From Phoronis australis (taxonomy: Eukaryota > Animalia > Phoronida), in contig NMRA01000058.1 of the NCBI GenBank assembly GCA_002633005.1, forward strand, positions 696,735-760,734: a DNA stretch of 64,000 nt, given 5' to 3'. Positions within the stretch are counted from its first letter, which is position 1, and each line of letters opens with the position of its first letter. The notes below the pieces were generated by a model. It ran no database searches, was not told where the DNA came from, and saw only the letters and a list, made by a program, of their open reading frames with translations. Below, in pieces: positions 39,201 through 54,200 of this stretch. A program made the translations under genes and the position numbers.

Positions 39201-42200
39201 TTTCCCCTAACTCACATGTCATTCATTTGATTGGTACTCAGTCATTGTGATGGGGGAATTACTGGTCATTTTGTCCGATTATTTTTGCTGTGTAGTTTAG
39301 TCCTCCCCGCCACTTCCATCTGCTGCATGGACAATAGCATGATGGTAGTTGGTTGAGGTGTCATTATATCGAATCTTCTACATCTTGTTGAGACTAGGCA
39401 TGGGACGGTAAGGGGAAGAACAAAATAAGTCTTACGAAAATGTGTGGACATTTGCACTGTAGGAAGTGGCAGTAATTTCCCTATGGTGTGAAACAATGAT
39501 GGTTAAAGGCGGTGGAAGTCATTACATCTGGGAGGGCTCAAATATGAATTTGCCTGTGCCCTCAATATGTTTACCTACCTGTGGGCCTAATTGTCGTGTT
39601 TAGACGGTTGACCTCAATATCCAGCATTCAACATCTTACACTTTAACCTTTTACTCGCCATAGATGTATACTCCATTACACGCCTCGGCAGCCAACAGTC
39701 AGATAAGTGTGGTAAAGCTGCTGCTGGAGTTGGAGGTAGAAGTGGACGCAGTCAACATCTACGGCAACACCAGTCTTCATGTGGCATGTCTCAATGGGCA
39801 GGACATCGTGGTCAATGAACTGATCATGTACAGTGCCTCGCTCAATGCCATGAACCACAAGGGACAGGTATGGATTGTTAGCAGAGGAAGCTGAAGCTAG
39901 TTAGTTAGTTCTTAGTTGTAAGTTAGTGCTAAGTCAGACATGGTCTGTGGGTTGGTCATGTACAGCGCCACGCTCGGCACCATTAGTTCTTGGCCGTAGT
40001 CGGTTATCTCTTGCCTGAACCTAGTTGGTGATGGTAAAATCTCATATTTTGCCACAGCATGCAGCGTCAAATAAAATGTATTTCTATGTTTGAGTTTTGT
40101 TACACTGCTACCATAAGACGCATTTGCATCAATGTTAAAAGCCCTTGAAAACTCAAAAAGAGCAACTTAGTAATTAGTTTTGTCTGAAATTGGAGAGATT
40201 TTACTGTTAGTACCGTAAACTCGCAGGTAAATGCCCATGCCCGTGTAATCGCCCATCCTCTGACTTTTGATCAATTTTCGGTTTTAAGCTTGAGTAATCG
40301 CCCATCCCCTACTTTGTGCAAATTTCCCCTAAGTGCCTACCTCTTGGGTAATCGCCCATCCCCAACTTACCACTTACAGAACTTGAGCTTGAACTCAGTG
40401 CTTTTGTTCACAGCTTCGCCTCGGACTCACACTTCCGTGTCTGCGGAAACACGGTGTGCTTACACCTGCGTACAATTGTCTCAAAAAGTGCGCTTTCAGC
40501 CGGCGTTTGTTTAATAACCCAAGCTCTGCAAATACCTTTTTTAAAGTAATCAACTGATCTTTTGTTAAATTAATATAGGCCTACTCCGTAGATTTTTATA
40601 GAAGTGGCGGTAGTCTACTACGAGATTAGTTATCATTCAGAGGTTGAATGTGGACGCCCCCTTGTGATGAAATGGCGTAATTTTTTGCGACAAGCACATA
40701 CTTTGATGTAGGTATCCCTGTTAAGAAATATAAATCATAACAGTTACGCTCTATTGCGGCATACGGGACTATGCAGTTATCGGAACTTTTACATTGGGGC
40801 TTTGGTATGTACCCGAAAGAAGCCTACTTATGACGTCCTGGTCGTCACCAACGTAAGTTTGTCTAGGTGAAAAGTTTTCGAATTACCTTGTCTGAATTTA
40901 TTGTTCTGTATCAGGCACAATTTCCGATGCTTATTCGAGTTCTGTAGACCAACTTTTTAGTGTTTGGCGAGAACAGGAGTAAAACGTCTAGACATCGCCA
41001 TGTATTTTCAGACGGAGCACGGGATTTTGCTAGTTTTCTCCTAGGTTGACTGAGATTTGAATTAACCAATTGATCAAACCCCCCTCTCATTGTAATTGCA
41101 ACCATACAGCATGTGAGGTTTATCTCCTGGGTCAACCCAGATTTGAATTGAGCAATTATACACACCGCCCTCTAGTCGTATAATTTACAAACGGTTTGTT
41201 TCGGCCGGGAACGAATCGTCCATGTTTTTAATCCAGTGCCAGATAAACTAAACAGTGAATCGAAGGTTTATTGGGTGTAATACGCAGCCGACATTAACAA
41301 TGACGAGGCGGGACCAGAAGAGTTCCAACCAAACACAGTCGTACGAACTGCACTAACAATACAGTGGCACAGGTAATGAAATGTAGTCCCGTTCATTGAT
41401 CTGAAATAGTCCTTACTGATACGGTAAGTGGACTGCCATTCAAGCTTCATAAAGCTCCGTGATATGACATTTTGCAGCATGCTAATATATTTGAAATCAC
41501 CCTTTTAAGTGTTTGAGCCGTGAAAAATTTTGTGGTTGTCTTGCTATGCTGATAAATCAAACTCACAAGCTCCAGGTTCGAATGAACACCCGGTGCGCTT
41601 GCCCAGTTCAGTTGAAACTTGGACCTAAGTGCCCACCTCTTAGTAATCGCCCCCCGCCCCCTTCCCAACTTTTGGCCAACTGTTCATTTTAAGGGCCCAC
41701 TGCTTGGGTTATCGCCCACCCCCCTGCCAAAGGTTTTCCCATTTTATGCCCCCACGGCATTATCGGCGAGTTTACGGTGTTTTCCTGCGAATTACAAGTA
41801 ATGTTGGACCTAGTGATAAATGCACTGATCATGCATCGCTCAACACCAGGAACAACCAGGGTCATACATGTTATGTGGATGAAAGAAACTGTGAGTTGTG
41901 GGTAGTCGGACACTACATGACAGTGAACTGATCGTGTATGGCTTGTCACTCAGCACCTTGAACTGTTGACGGGTTGTTGTTAATGGATTTGTGATTGGTG
42001 AATGTATTAATTTCTGTTTAATTATTAACCTGTTGGTCTATTCATTGTTTTTCCCTCAGGAAGTCTCTGTCTGATTAATAATTGACCCCTGCCATACGTT
42101 AGCACCAACGGAGCCCAAACATATGTCACGCAATGCTTTGCCGAGATTTTTCAAGAAGTATGCTTTTAAATTTTAATATTTAATACCGATGTTTAGGTGA

Positions 42201-45200
42201 GGCATCTCCAAGTGTTTGTCGATTTGTTAAATGGTCACATTGAGAAATTCAAGCTTTTACTTAGAAAATATTGTGTGATTTCTCACCAAGGAAGCTTTAG
42301 ATTTTGTTCACATTTTATACCTAGGTAAAGGTGAGGCATTTCCAGGTGAGAGTCAATTTTGGTCATAACAAGGAAATTAAATTTTCTCTTAATACTTGGA
42401 TATCCCGTTGAGCTAGGGGACAATTTAGTCACTAACAAATGCTCATTATCCCTGTCCATCCGGCGAATGCTGCTCTATCTCCAATATCCTTGGCTGTATG
42501 TTCACGAAATTTTGCAGATGTATTCCTTTCATGAATGAGACAGCATGAGCGAATTTTTTTCGATGGATTCAACTACCGGTGTGCCCCCTAGTGGCAATGT
42601 ATTATGTTTTCCTCTATATTGCCAAAGTTCGTTTACGGATTTTCATTGTAAATGAGCATTTATTTAGGAAACAATATCTCCCCTTCTCATTTTCTGATTG
42701 ATTCAACCTGTTCTGGGCTGCCTCGTGGCTGTATTTATTGTTTTTGAATCTGTTTTATGTGGTCCTCCTCTCTTTCGGTCAAACTATGGATGTATTACTA
42801 ATGGGAAGAAGATGGCTAACAATGATTTTATGATGCTCTGACTACTCTGGCACCACCTAGTGGCAGTTTTATGATGCTCTGACTACTCTGGCACCACATA
42901 GTGGCAGTTTTTTGCATGCATGGCTGTATCTTATAAACCCCTTGTACAAACTTTGTTAAATTTGGCAAGTGTGTTTCTATGAAAGTGGCAATGGATGGCG
43001 ACAACTTTCAGACGGATCAGACTACTAATATGCCCCCTAGTGTCCACTTTATATTTTACATTTTCCTTAAATCTGTGTCTTCAGAGTTTCTTGATAGGTT
43101 TTCATGAAAATAGGTTTCTGTTGAACAGAGAATGNAACAAATGCTCATTTTCCCTGTCCATCCGGAGAATGCTGCTCTATCTCCAAAATCCTTGGCTGTA
43201 TGTTCACGAAATTTTGCAGATGTATTCCTTTCATGAATGAGACAGCATTAGCGAATTTTTTTCGATGGATTCAACTACCGGTGTGCCCCCTAGTGGCAGT
43301 TTATTATGTTTTCCTCTATATTGCCAAAGTTCGTTTACAGATTTTCATTGTAAATGAGCATTTATTTGGGAAACAATATCTCCCCTTCTCATTTTCTGAT
43401 TGATTCAACCTGTTCTGGGCTGCCTCGTGGCTGTATTTATTGTTTTTGAATCTGTTTTTTGTGGTCCTCCTCTCTTTCGGTCAAACTATGGATGTATTAC
43501 TAATGGGAAGAAGATGGCTAACAATGATTTTATGATGCTCTGACTACTCTGGCACCACCTAGTGGCAGTTTTATGATTCTCTGACTACTCTGGCACCACA
43601 TAGTGGCAGTTTTTTGCATGCATGGCTGTATCTTATAAACCCCTTGTACAAACTTTGTTAAATTTGGCAAGTGTGTTTCTATGAAAGTGGCAATGGATGG
43701 CAACAACTTTCAGACGGATCAGACTACTAATATGCCCCCTAGTGTCCACTTTATATTTTACATTTTCCTTAAATCTGTGTCTTCAGAGTTTCTTGATAGG
43801 TTTTCATGAAAATAGGTTTCTGTTGAACAGAGAATGAATGACAACTTCCCATTTTCGGATAGATTCGACATATTGTACGTTTACTATTTTGCCTCTCTGT
43901 TGGCCAAGTCGCTCCAGAATCTTTATGAAAATTGGCATACGTTTTCTTTCTGGGATGTGCATGACTGACGATGATTTTTGAATGTATCCGACTGCTGTTG
44001 TGGCTATTTTATTTTGTTATCTGTTGCTAAAAACAATTTCCTTTATGTATCTCTGTGAAATATGGGTTGTGTTTCTTTTGAGGAGAGCACAACTGATGTG
44101 GATTTTGGGACAAATTAAACTGCTGCAGAGTTGCCCGGTGACAATTTTATTTTTTCTTTATGTCTGCCTTGAAATCTACCAAGTCTCTTGATGGATTTTC
44201 ATGAAATTTGGCAAATACGATACTACTTCGTAGAAGACAGCACCAGCCCTGTTTCAGATGGATGTAACCATTGCTCCACCTTTATTGTTTTTGTGCCCTT
44301 TATCGTCTGCCTCCATACCCTCCAAACTTCTTAAAGAACCATTTATCAAGTTCCTCCATGGATGTTCATGAAATTTGTCAAAGAAGTTACCACCTAGGGG
44401 CTATTTTAAGTTTTACTAGCATTGCTGCCTGTATTGGGCATGTTTAAGATATGGATCATATCTCGTATCTGCGCTGTATGCGATGCACACAGTGGCGCAC
44501 TCGGTGTTTCTCTTGTTAACAGTTGTCAATTACATGTTGTAGATGTGATTTTTGGTTCTAATTAGCAACTATTGTGTCATTTAATGGGTAATTTGGCATG
44601 CTTAATAAGCTGCAGAATGAACTATGTTCGAGATGGGTAATTCCCATGCGACCATATATTTATATGAAGGCGCATTCGGGCAAATCACAATCAAGGTCCA
44701 TATTCGGTGGCCACTTTTGGTGAAAAATGAAGGTTGTCATATAACTATAAAAGCTGGGTTTTAAAGTACCATCATTCCAGGTTTGTAATCTAAAATATTT
44801 TTGCACAAGATCCACCAATTAAAATTTTATGGCCTAATGCATCACAGTTGTATAAAAGGGTGATGTTCACTGCAACTTATGGTCACAGCCCACTTCTATC
44901 ATGCAAAAATTCATAAGGTAGCTGTTAATTTAACAAGTTCTTGATCAAGTTAAAGAAGTATCACATGCTAAAATAAGACAAGTTATTACCGTGCTGATCA
45001 AGTTGTTCTAGACGATGATACATTGCATATCTTAACTCAGTATAATGAGAACTTCTTCTCTTGCAATATGATTCTTATAAAAAGAAAATGACATATAACT
45101 ACTTTTATCAAAAACTTTATTGGTGCTGTTTGCCTAGTTTTCAATACATTCACCAGTTGGTCAAAATAGTTAAAGCAATGCTAGGCCCAGTGTTCAACTT

Positions 45201-48200
45201 GTAAACAGCAAAAATGGTACTGGTTGGGGGGTGCATACACTATGCACAGTCAATCAACATCAAATTTATTGGATGGTCTTGAGTTTTGTGCTGCCACTAC
45301 TTATTGGTTTGTTTTAAGTTGTCTTGAGAGATAGAGAACCTGCCCATGCAACATCAGTTGTCACATGACGTGTCCTCTAGGATGTTACTAGCCAAGTCCT
45401 GTGTGGCATTTTATTGCCCATCAATTTGATAATGTCCATTGTTTTTGTCAGACTGGATGAATTTTGGAAATATCAGTATTGTTCATGAGAACAGCAATAT
45501 GTAAAAATACTTGTGGCCAATACTTTATAGCACATACGTACACTACACAGGGGTATGTACACTTAGTCTACATTTCAGTGACTTGTCAGATTTATAAAAA
45601 ATACTTAGAATCTACTGAGAGTTAGTTCATGTACCAAAGTTATTCAATGAGAACAAATAAAAAGTACAGCATACATGTGCATTAGATGTCTGTCATTCTT
45701 TGAAATCAAGCACATGTTAAAATATAGGAGTCCGTACACTACACAAATGCTAATATTTCATTCAAAACAATTGTATTTGTAATTAACACCCTTTTTAACT
45801 TGCATTTTAATGAAGGAAACTGTGTGTGACAAATGTTGCTTCCTTACTGTGTAATATTTTTGTGTCATGGTATTTGTTCATATCGGGGTATATACACTAC
45901 ATTTCAATGACATGTCAGGTTTGTAACTAAATACTAAGAATCTACTGAGAGTTAGTTGATTTACTAAATCAATTCAAAGAGAAAATTTAAAATAAAAAGC
46001 ACAGCATTCATGTGCATATCTGTTGTACTTTGAAAATAGGCACAAATCAAAATATTGGGGTAGGGACACTATACAAATGCTAATATTTCACTCAAAATAA
46101 ATGTATTTGCAATAAACACCCTTTTAACCTAACATTTTGAAGGAAGGAAACTGTCTGTGACCAACGTTGCTCATTTACCAAGTGATATTTTAATTTCATT
46201 GCATTTGTAAACTTGGGGGTACGTACACTATAAATTGGGGTACGTACATTACATCAGCGTTTCTGCATCACATGGTAACATTATGTTGTATGACCATATA
46301 TTTTTCTTTGGTGATAATAAGCTCTATGCTGTTATTTAAAAGGCAATAATTTCATTTGCAATGACTATTTGTGTTACTGTACACTACATTTTATTAGCCT
46401 TTTGGCCAATTTTCAACATAGCTAACCCACTAAGTGATTTTGAAAGCAACTCAAGTTATTCCCAGTCATATCAAAGCAATTGTTTACTTATAATAAATAA
46501 ATAAATTCCGTTACTACTGTTGACAGTTGAAAAATTGTAATTTTTAAAATGGCCACTCGTAATGCTAAAAATGCCTGAAATTCTTAGATAAAACATGCAT
46601 AAATTTCGCAAACGTCCGATTTTGATGATTCTTTTTTTAATTTGCTCATAAATAACTCTTTGCATATGAGATTCAGTTGGCATTTGTTAAGTGACCATAA
46701 CACAGTCACCTCTCGAATATGGAGCTTGATTGTGATTTAGCCGATTATGCCGTCCTAGTCCAGCGTCCATTGCTGTATCTCCAAAACCCCTATTGTCGAT
46801 GTTCATGAAGTTAAGCAAAATATGCTCCTTTCCTGGATGGCATAAGCGAATTTTCGGATGGATCCCACTAGTGGCAATGTTATTTTTTATGTTTGCCTCT
46901 ATCTTCGAAGCTCCATAACAGATTTTCTTGAAGTTTGTCAAGTAGCTGTCTTATTAGGAGATGATGCTACATTCTTGTTTTCAGATGGATTCGACATATT
47001 TTCCACCACCTGGCAGTCATTTTTATTGTTTCCCAGTCTGTTTTTGACAGTTTCTATTGACAAAATCACTGTAAGGATGACTATGAGAATTGGCGTATGT
47101 GTTCCTACTGGGAATAGGATGGTTGGTGATAATATTTGGATGGCTCTGATTACTATGGCGTTTTTGCGTCCTTGGCTGTATTTCCTAAACCTTCTGCAGT
47201 ATCTTTTTTAATTTTGACTAGTGTATTTGTATGAAGGTCACGAATCCAACTACTGCTGTGCCCCAGAGTTGCAATTTTAGTTTTTTCCATTTTCCTCTCG
47301 GAGTCTCTACCTTTGGAGTTCCTTGACAGACTTTTATGAAACTTGAAAAATATTTTTCGGTTTAAACACTCTAGCACCTTCCCATTTTCTAAGGGAATTG
47401 ACCTATTGTCGCTACTTAGTGGCCATTTTCATTATTTTTCGAGTCTGGTTTTTGCCATTTTCCCTCTATTGGGCAAACCACTCTAAGAATGGTTATGAAA
47501 TACGATGGGTGTTTCTCTTGGCAAGTGCATGGCTGAGGATGATTTTCGGATTTTCGGAGGATGGGTCTGACTGCTGTTGTGCCCTCTGGTGTCAGTTTTG
47601 CTTTGTTGCGTATTGCTTAATATCCAAGTTCTTTGATGGATCTTCACGACCTTCTGATATGTTTTCGTTGTAGAATGTGGATTTTGGGACAAATCTGACT
47701 ACTGCGGAGCACCTAGTGTTTTTGTTTTTCTTTGTGTTTACATTCAGGTTGATATCTATTAAGTTCCTTGATGGATGTTCAGGAAACTTAGCACACACGT
47801 TGCCAGGACATATCTAATAGCACTGCTCTGTTTCAAATGGATTTGACATATGTTATGCCCCTTACTGGATTTTTTATTAGTGTCTGTTCTTTGTCACCTG
47901 TTTCTGTCTTTCAAATTACGTCGAGAATCATGATAAAAGGTATGTTCCTATTGAGGAGAGATTGCTTGGCTCTTGCTTTCACCTTTAGAGGCTGTTTAAC
48001 ATACTGGTCATTAGTTGTATCTGTGCTGTATGCGATGCACATGGTGGCACATATCAACCCTCCTTGTTGTTGGGTAAACATCCTGGACAAAAGTAAATGC
48101 TAAGAAAATGCAAATGTACGATTACTGACTAAGTTTGTAATGCATAAATCGCACAAATCTAGTTTGTAGCTGGGAGGTCAGCCTGGAGTTTCGTTAATCG

Positions 48201-51200
48201 CTTTTGTGTGAACTCACTGAAGAATTGCTGTAATTAGTGATAAGCTTTTATTTTGTGCCTACTGTGTTTACCTTTCAGACTCCCCTGCATTACGCTGCTG
48301 CTTCTACTCACGGGGCCATGTGTCTGGAGATCTTGGTGAACGAAGGAGCTAATCCAAACGTGCAGGTCTGTGTGTCATGCTTTATCTATGAGTTAGATAT
48401 TGAATGTCTGAAAGAGTATCTTTATTTATTTAGTGAAATATGTACGATAAAATCTCACCAATTTGGGGCAAAAATAATTGCTAAAATTGTATGTTTTTTC
48501 AAGGGCTTCTCTAACATTGTTGTGAAGACCCACAATTTCACAAAACGTGTCAGATGGTAGCTAGTGTACAGAGTTTGAACATGGAAGAGTATTAATTTTG
48601 GTACTACATATCTTTGATAAAAAAGGAGAAAATATAATAAATTTCACTTGTGTCCTAAATCGGTAGGATTTTACCATAACATAAGCAGTGTGACTTGTTC
48701 TATGGTTGCATCTAGTACAAACTGTATAGCACAATCAGGATTTCAGTTTCCCAAAAACTGGAAAATATTGCTAATGATTAATCATCTTAGACATTGATAA
48801 GCTGGACAGTGGCGGCTTAGTGGAGTTGTAGGTTACTGTCTTTCATGTGTTTGTCATTTACGATTAATGCTCTTAATGCTGATTGGTTTATCAATGTTTT
48901 GTCAGGTTGCGGTTAATGGTGTCGGGCTGAGTATCTGATTGGTTGCCTGGCTTGTGTTGAGAAACGTGATTTTGGAAGGGTTAATTTGTTCTAGTTTTCC
49001 TCAGTGAAGATAGAGGGCGCCACATTGTGGTGAATCATTGCCATGAGACATAGGTGTAGTTGTGTTTCCAATAATGATCTGTCATTGTATTTGGTAATGT
49101 CTGTCGCAGGCTCATGATGGCCGTACACCCCTGCACATGACGGCACTGCATGGAAGGTTCACTCGTGCCCAGACCCTCATACAGCACGGCGCCATCGTCG
49201 ACTGTGTGACCAAGTCTGGCTGCACGCCCTTGCACATCGCTGCACGCTACGGACACGAGCTTCTGATAAACACGCTGCTGGCTAATGGTGCTGACCCCTT
49301 CAGGTGAGTTAGTGTAGTAGAGCACCGTCGCACATTTCTGCCATCACAATCAGGGGCTTGGTGACCCGGAGATAAAGCACGTAGGCTTGTGACGGAAAGT
49401 GATTATGTCACACCGCTCGCAACTCTTCCAAACTGGAGACAAACAAAATGGCGGTAGCCTTTTTGTTTACACTAACAAATTTGTTGAAACCAGAACTATT
49501 AAATTTTGAAAATCTGAATCCCGTGCCTCATTATCTATGAACCATACAGATAGTACATTGACCACTTTTTTTCTGAAACGGAGATTAATTAACTGGTGAT
49601 TTGCCTTTTACAACTTCACTCAGTGTAAATTCCTATGGAGTTAGAACCAAGATGACAGAATCTGGTCGAGTACCTCAGTATGGTGATGTCACAATACCTC
49701 AGTATGGTGATGTCACAATACCTCAGTATGGTGATGTCACAATACCTCAGTATGGTGATGTCACAATACCTCAGTATGGTGATGTCACAATACCTCAGTA
49801 TGGTGATGTCACAATACCTCAGTATGGTGATGTCACAAGTTCTCTCTTTATTCTTCTGTTGCCACCACATTAATAGACGTTTTTCTTAGTCGACCATGAA
49901 GGCAGTCTCTGCCTGGCAAAATTGTAACACGTATAATTGATTACTAAATTAGCTATGAGTCTTGAAACATGGGAGTATTTGAACTGCCAGTACAGTGCAC
50001 ATTTTTTGATAGGTATGAGCTGTTAAGTGCTAACAGGCCAGTGGATGCTGCTCCAGATGGTCCGTGTCCATGAACTACTTGAGTGACATCGGTGTTCACC
50101 ATCTCTGTACAATACACAGGGCAGTTATGATAAAATACATTGTGCAATTTCTATTGTAAAATGAAACATTGTTTCAGAATTTGGCATGTAAGTGGGACTT
50201 GAGTTATTAGTCTGGTGTTTTATGCTGCATTAGATTAACCATTACTTGTGAATGAATTTTGCCTGGTGGAATCTTGGTGCTTCACTTTGTTCCTGTTTTT
50301 CTTAGACAGGGCAGCAATGGGATGCTGCCATTGCACATGGCGGCTCTTAACGGTTTCTCCGAGTGTTGTAAGAAGCTGCTGCAGTCTACGGAACACTTTG
50401 ATATTAATACCAAGGATGATCATGGCCGAACGGCGCTACATGCTGCTGCCTGTGGAGGGTAGGTGGACTTGACTGTCATCTTAAGATTGTTAACAGTATG
50501 GGCTTGAGTATTACGGTAAAAATTCTTCAATTAGGGACAATGCAAAAGTACTAATATTTTGCTTGAGGTTGGAACTTGCCCCATTATTTTTCATCTTAAA
50601 TTCAAGAATCACAGGAAATACCGCAAAATTACCCACTCTGTAGATTGAAAACTAATTGTCTGAAATTTGAGAGATATTTTGAATGCCAAAATCGTTCTTG
50701 TCCCAAATTACAGAATGGAGAGTTTTTGTGACCCAAATTCTAGAGACTATCCCAAGTTGTAGAGATTCTGCCAAATTGGGGAATTTTTACTGTACTATTA
50801 TCTACTCTCAACATAGTAGGATGCTGGCTGTTGTGCCTTCTGTGAAACAAAGTTGACCTATTTGTGTTTGTTGTGTTGTTTCTATTACAATGAGAGAACC
50901 TGATTGTTAAAGGGTCGTGTCATTTTGTGCTTTGCCAAGTTCTTTGCATGTTTACTACATTATGGTGTAGGGTGCTGGGTGTGGTGCGCATTCTCTCAAA
51001 CACTCTAAGTCATGTTACTCGGACTTTTTGTAGTTGTTGTTGTCCTAATCATCCTCACCAGCACATTCAAGTCTACATCATCATCACTATGATGCAATAC
51101 AATCTTATGTCAAATTCCTCAGGCACCACTGAGCAGTTTATCTTGACTGATAACCAACCGTCTAAAATTCACACCGAAAGCTCCGATGACTTTTTATAGC

Positions 51201-54200
51201 TTTGTCTTTACAATATGTTTGTTCAACCAGGACATAGCCTGTAGCTCTGACCAGTAGGAAACAAGTCATCTGGGCAGGGGTTAGGATACGAATTTTCAAA
51301 TTTTGGAATTTGCAATATTGAATTCGGCAATTTTGATTCCACTAGCATCAACCTGGTAGGATCTCTGCCGAATTGCTGTATGAACTTTTGTCAGATGACC
51401 ATATGGAGTCGTGTGATATAATCATATGGAGTCATGTGATATAATCATATGGAGTCATGTGATATAATCATATGGAGTCATGTGATATAATCATATGGCG
51501 TGATATACCTTTTCAGGAACGTGGAGTGTCTGGACTACCTCTTGTCTTCCGGCATCGACTACAGTGCTAATGACATGGAGGGTCGTGCGGCACTGCACTA
51601 TGCTGCATTGAACACCCACTTGCAGTGTGTTACGTCTCTCACCATGTGTGGCAGCACCCCTGACGTACAGGATAGGCGTGGCTGTACTCCCTTGCACTAC
51701 GCTGCAGCCTATGATGGCGAGGCCAGGTTAGTGTTCACTGTTGAGAGTAGAGCAAGCTTTGGAATTGATAACATGACTAATTTGTCAAGCTCCAATAATA
51801 AGACTTGTAGCACCTACTGTGGCTATAGGAATTCAACTGGCATTGTAGTCTCTTAATCTTTTATCCGATTATTACACTGTTTTTTAAGGTTATGTAGGAT
51901 CTTGTTGAGAAATCTGCATTTAGCTGAATATTTGCAAAACCATATAATTTAATCAATAAAAAGTACATAATATTTAAAAGTAGAAAGTTTTTGATTCTCC
52001 AACCACTTGAGTCATGTGACGATGTACTTTAGTTAAATATAACAATAAGGTACGTTTCATAGTCAAACAACAAGTAAACATATTGTCCAAGATAAAAGCC
52101 CTGTTATTGTTTTCTAAATGATACTTTCTTTTTAATTTTATGCAACTTTTAAATTTTTTCATAGAAATCATAAGATTCTATTTTCGGTAGCCCCCAATGC
52201 AAATGTGGAGTAAAATTTTAAAAGCAATTCCTAACAGTGCATATAACTTGCTAAAGCATACAAATCCCTTCAGTCATTTCTGAGGCTTGATGTTATCCAT
52301 ATTTGGCCATTTTTCTATGGTCCTACATACTATAAGCAGCCTGTTAACATACAGAGCAGTATGTCCTCCCCCCTCACTAACCATACTGCTGTTCTGATGG
52401 TTAGCAGCTCTTGTAAACTCATTTCTTGTCAACATTCTTTTTTCACTTGTCAATCAGTTTTCATTGGAAAAGAATGCTGCTCGCTATGAAGGAGCTAAAA
52501 ACAAAAATGGTTTTAAAAAAACATGAAATACTATTCCCCTGAAGTATTACCTGTTGAGCATTTCCTATTCAGAATTGTGGAACACCTGCTTAAAATTGGG
52601 GCCAGCGTGATGTTAGCTGACAAGAGCGGTTTCAGTTCACTTCATTATGCAGCACTAAATGGCCACAAGATGGTGCTGGACATGGTAAGTTCTGTTCATA
52701 GGTGGCGTTGTAAGCGATGTAGCAGAGTAGTGAATTGGCTTGACATCACTAAAGAACAACAAAGACATTCAAACTCATATCTCTTTGAAAAAGGCAACAT
52801 CCTTTGTTTTTTTATTAAAAATTAGAATAATATGTATGATTATTTTTAGAAAATATATTTTAGTGTTGTCAATTATTTATGCTGCTATAATGAAATGATG
52901 TAGATGCCAAATTTTCCGGTATAATGTTTATGCATTTCTTTTCATTGTGCAACCTGAATGACGTATTTGTTGTTGAAGTCTATAAATTACATTTTCCGGC
53001 TGTGTGCCTCCAGTTTTGTGTTTACCTGAACCGGATCGTTCTGTTACAGCTGTTGGAGGCTTGTGCAACAGATTTTCTGTCCAAGACCATGTCAAGTCCT
53101 GTTGTGACACCTCTCCATCTGGCAGTAAGTACCACGCCGTGGCAGTCTGAGTTCTGATCACTGGGGGTTCACCACAAAGGGGGCAATAAACCTGCACCTT
53201 TAGGTTTTGAATTACGCAACGCGCTTTTATAAAATCTCATTCTGTGCCTTATTCTGATTGAGTACGATTTCCAGGCTTGAGGAGAACAGACAGTTTGTTA
53301 TAATATAATTGCGTCAGTTCAATCTTATCTTGGTTGCTGGTCAAGACAGGTTGTTTCCAGCCACCATGCAGTGTGGTGTGGCAGAACTCCAGGTGTTAAA
53401 GTGTTCAAATTCAGTTCACACAAAGGATAAGAAAACAGTATCATGGCTTATGAAGAGCAAATACACGTGTGATAAAGTTTTGTTTTACCATCAGAACATA
53501 GTTTATGGTGAATTTGGTTATGAGAAGTGTTTGTTTTGTTAATTCATTTCTCCTGAAGCTGCTATGATCACTAATCATAAGAAAATGATCTCAACTTTTT
53601 CCTTACTCAGATAAAAAGTGATTTTTGGGCATTGAAAGAGCATACAGATGGGTTCCATACTGCTAGAGACTGACCCAACTTATTGACCGGCCTATTCTCG
53701 ACCAATAACAATTGGTCAGGTCATTCCAAGCACAGAAATCACTTTTAGTCAGTTTAAGGAAAAGACACCAATTAGAAAAAAGGTCTAGCTCATAAGTTTT
53801 AGTTCTTGATGGAATGCACAGGTTCATAGCTCCTGCAAATGATGTTAAGGTCACTTACAAGGGTCCTACATTTCAAGAAACATTTTTTCCGCTGAATAAC
53901 ACGCATCAAACTGGTTCTCAAAATGCAGGGCCCCTATAAGCTACTGTTGCTGTGTATCTGGGACCCCTGTAAGTGACTACTGTGGGTATCAGGGACCCCC
54001 CTGTAAGTGGCTATTGCCGTGTTTGGCAGCAGCCGGTACAAACTACTTGATCCCAGTGACAACACTGCCGCAGATGAAGCATTGTGACTATTCTCAGTGA
54101 TCTCCCATGGTAAGTGTTACACCCTCGTCATGAAGCTGAGATGGAGAGAAAGTAGATTTGGTTTCTAGTTTTTGATAGAACGTAATGAAGCGTTTTTGTT

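Noticed and set aside
42434-43836. 701-bp tandem duplication as a real segmental event
   Set aside because: The junction is a single N and the copies differ by only a few substitutions, so it is most likely a haplotype overlap in the assembly
49601-49889. Repetitive-peptide ORFs or a CRISPR-like array
   Set aside because: Pure tandem 24-mer with no spacers, intronic, and in a eukaryotic context
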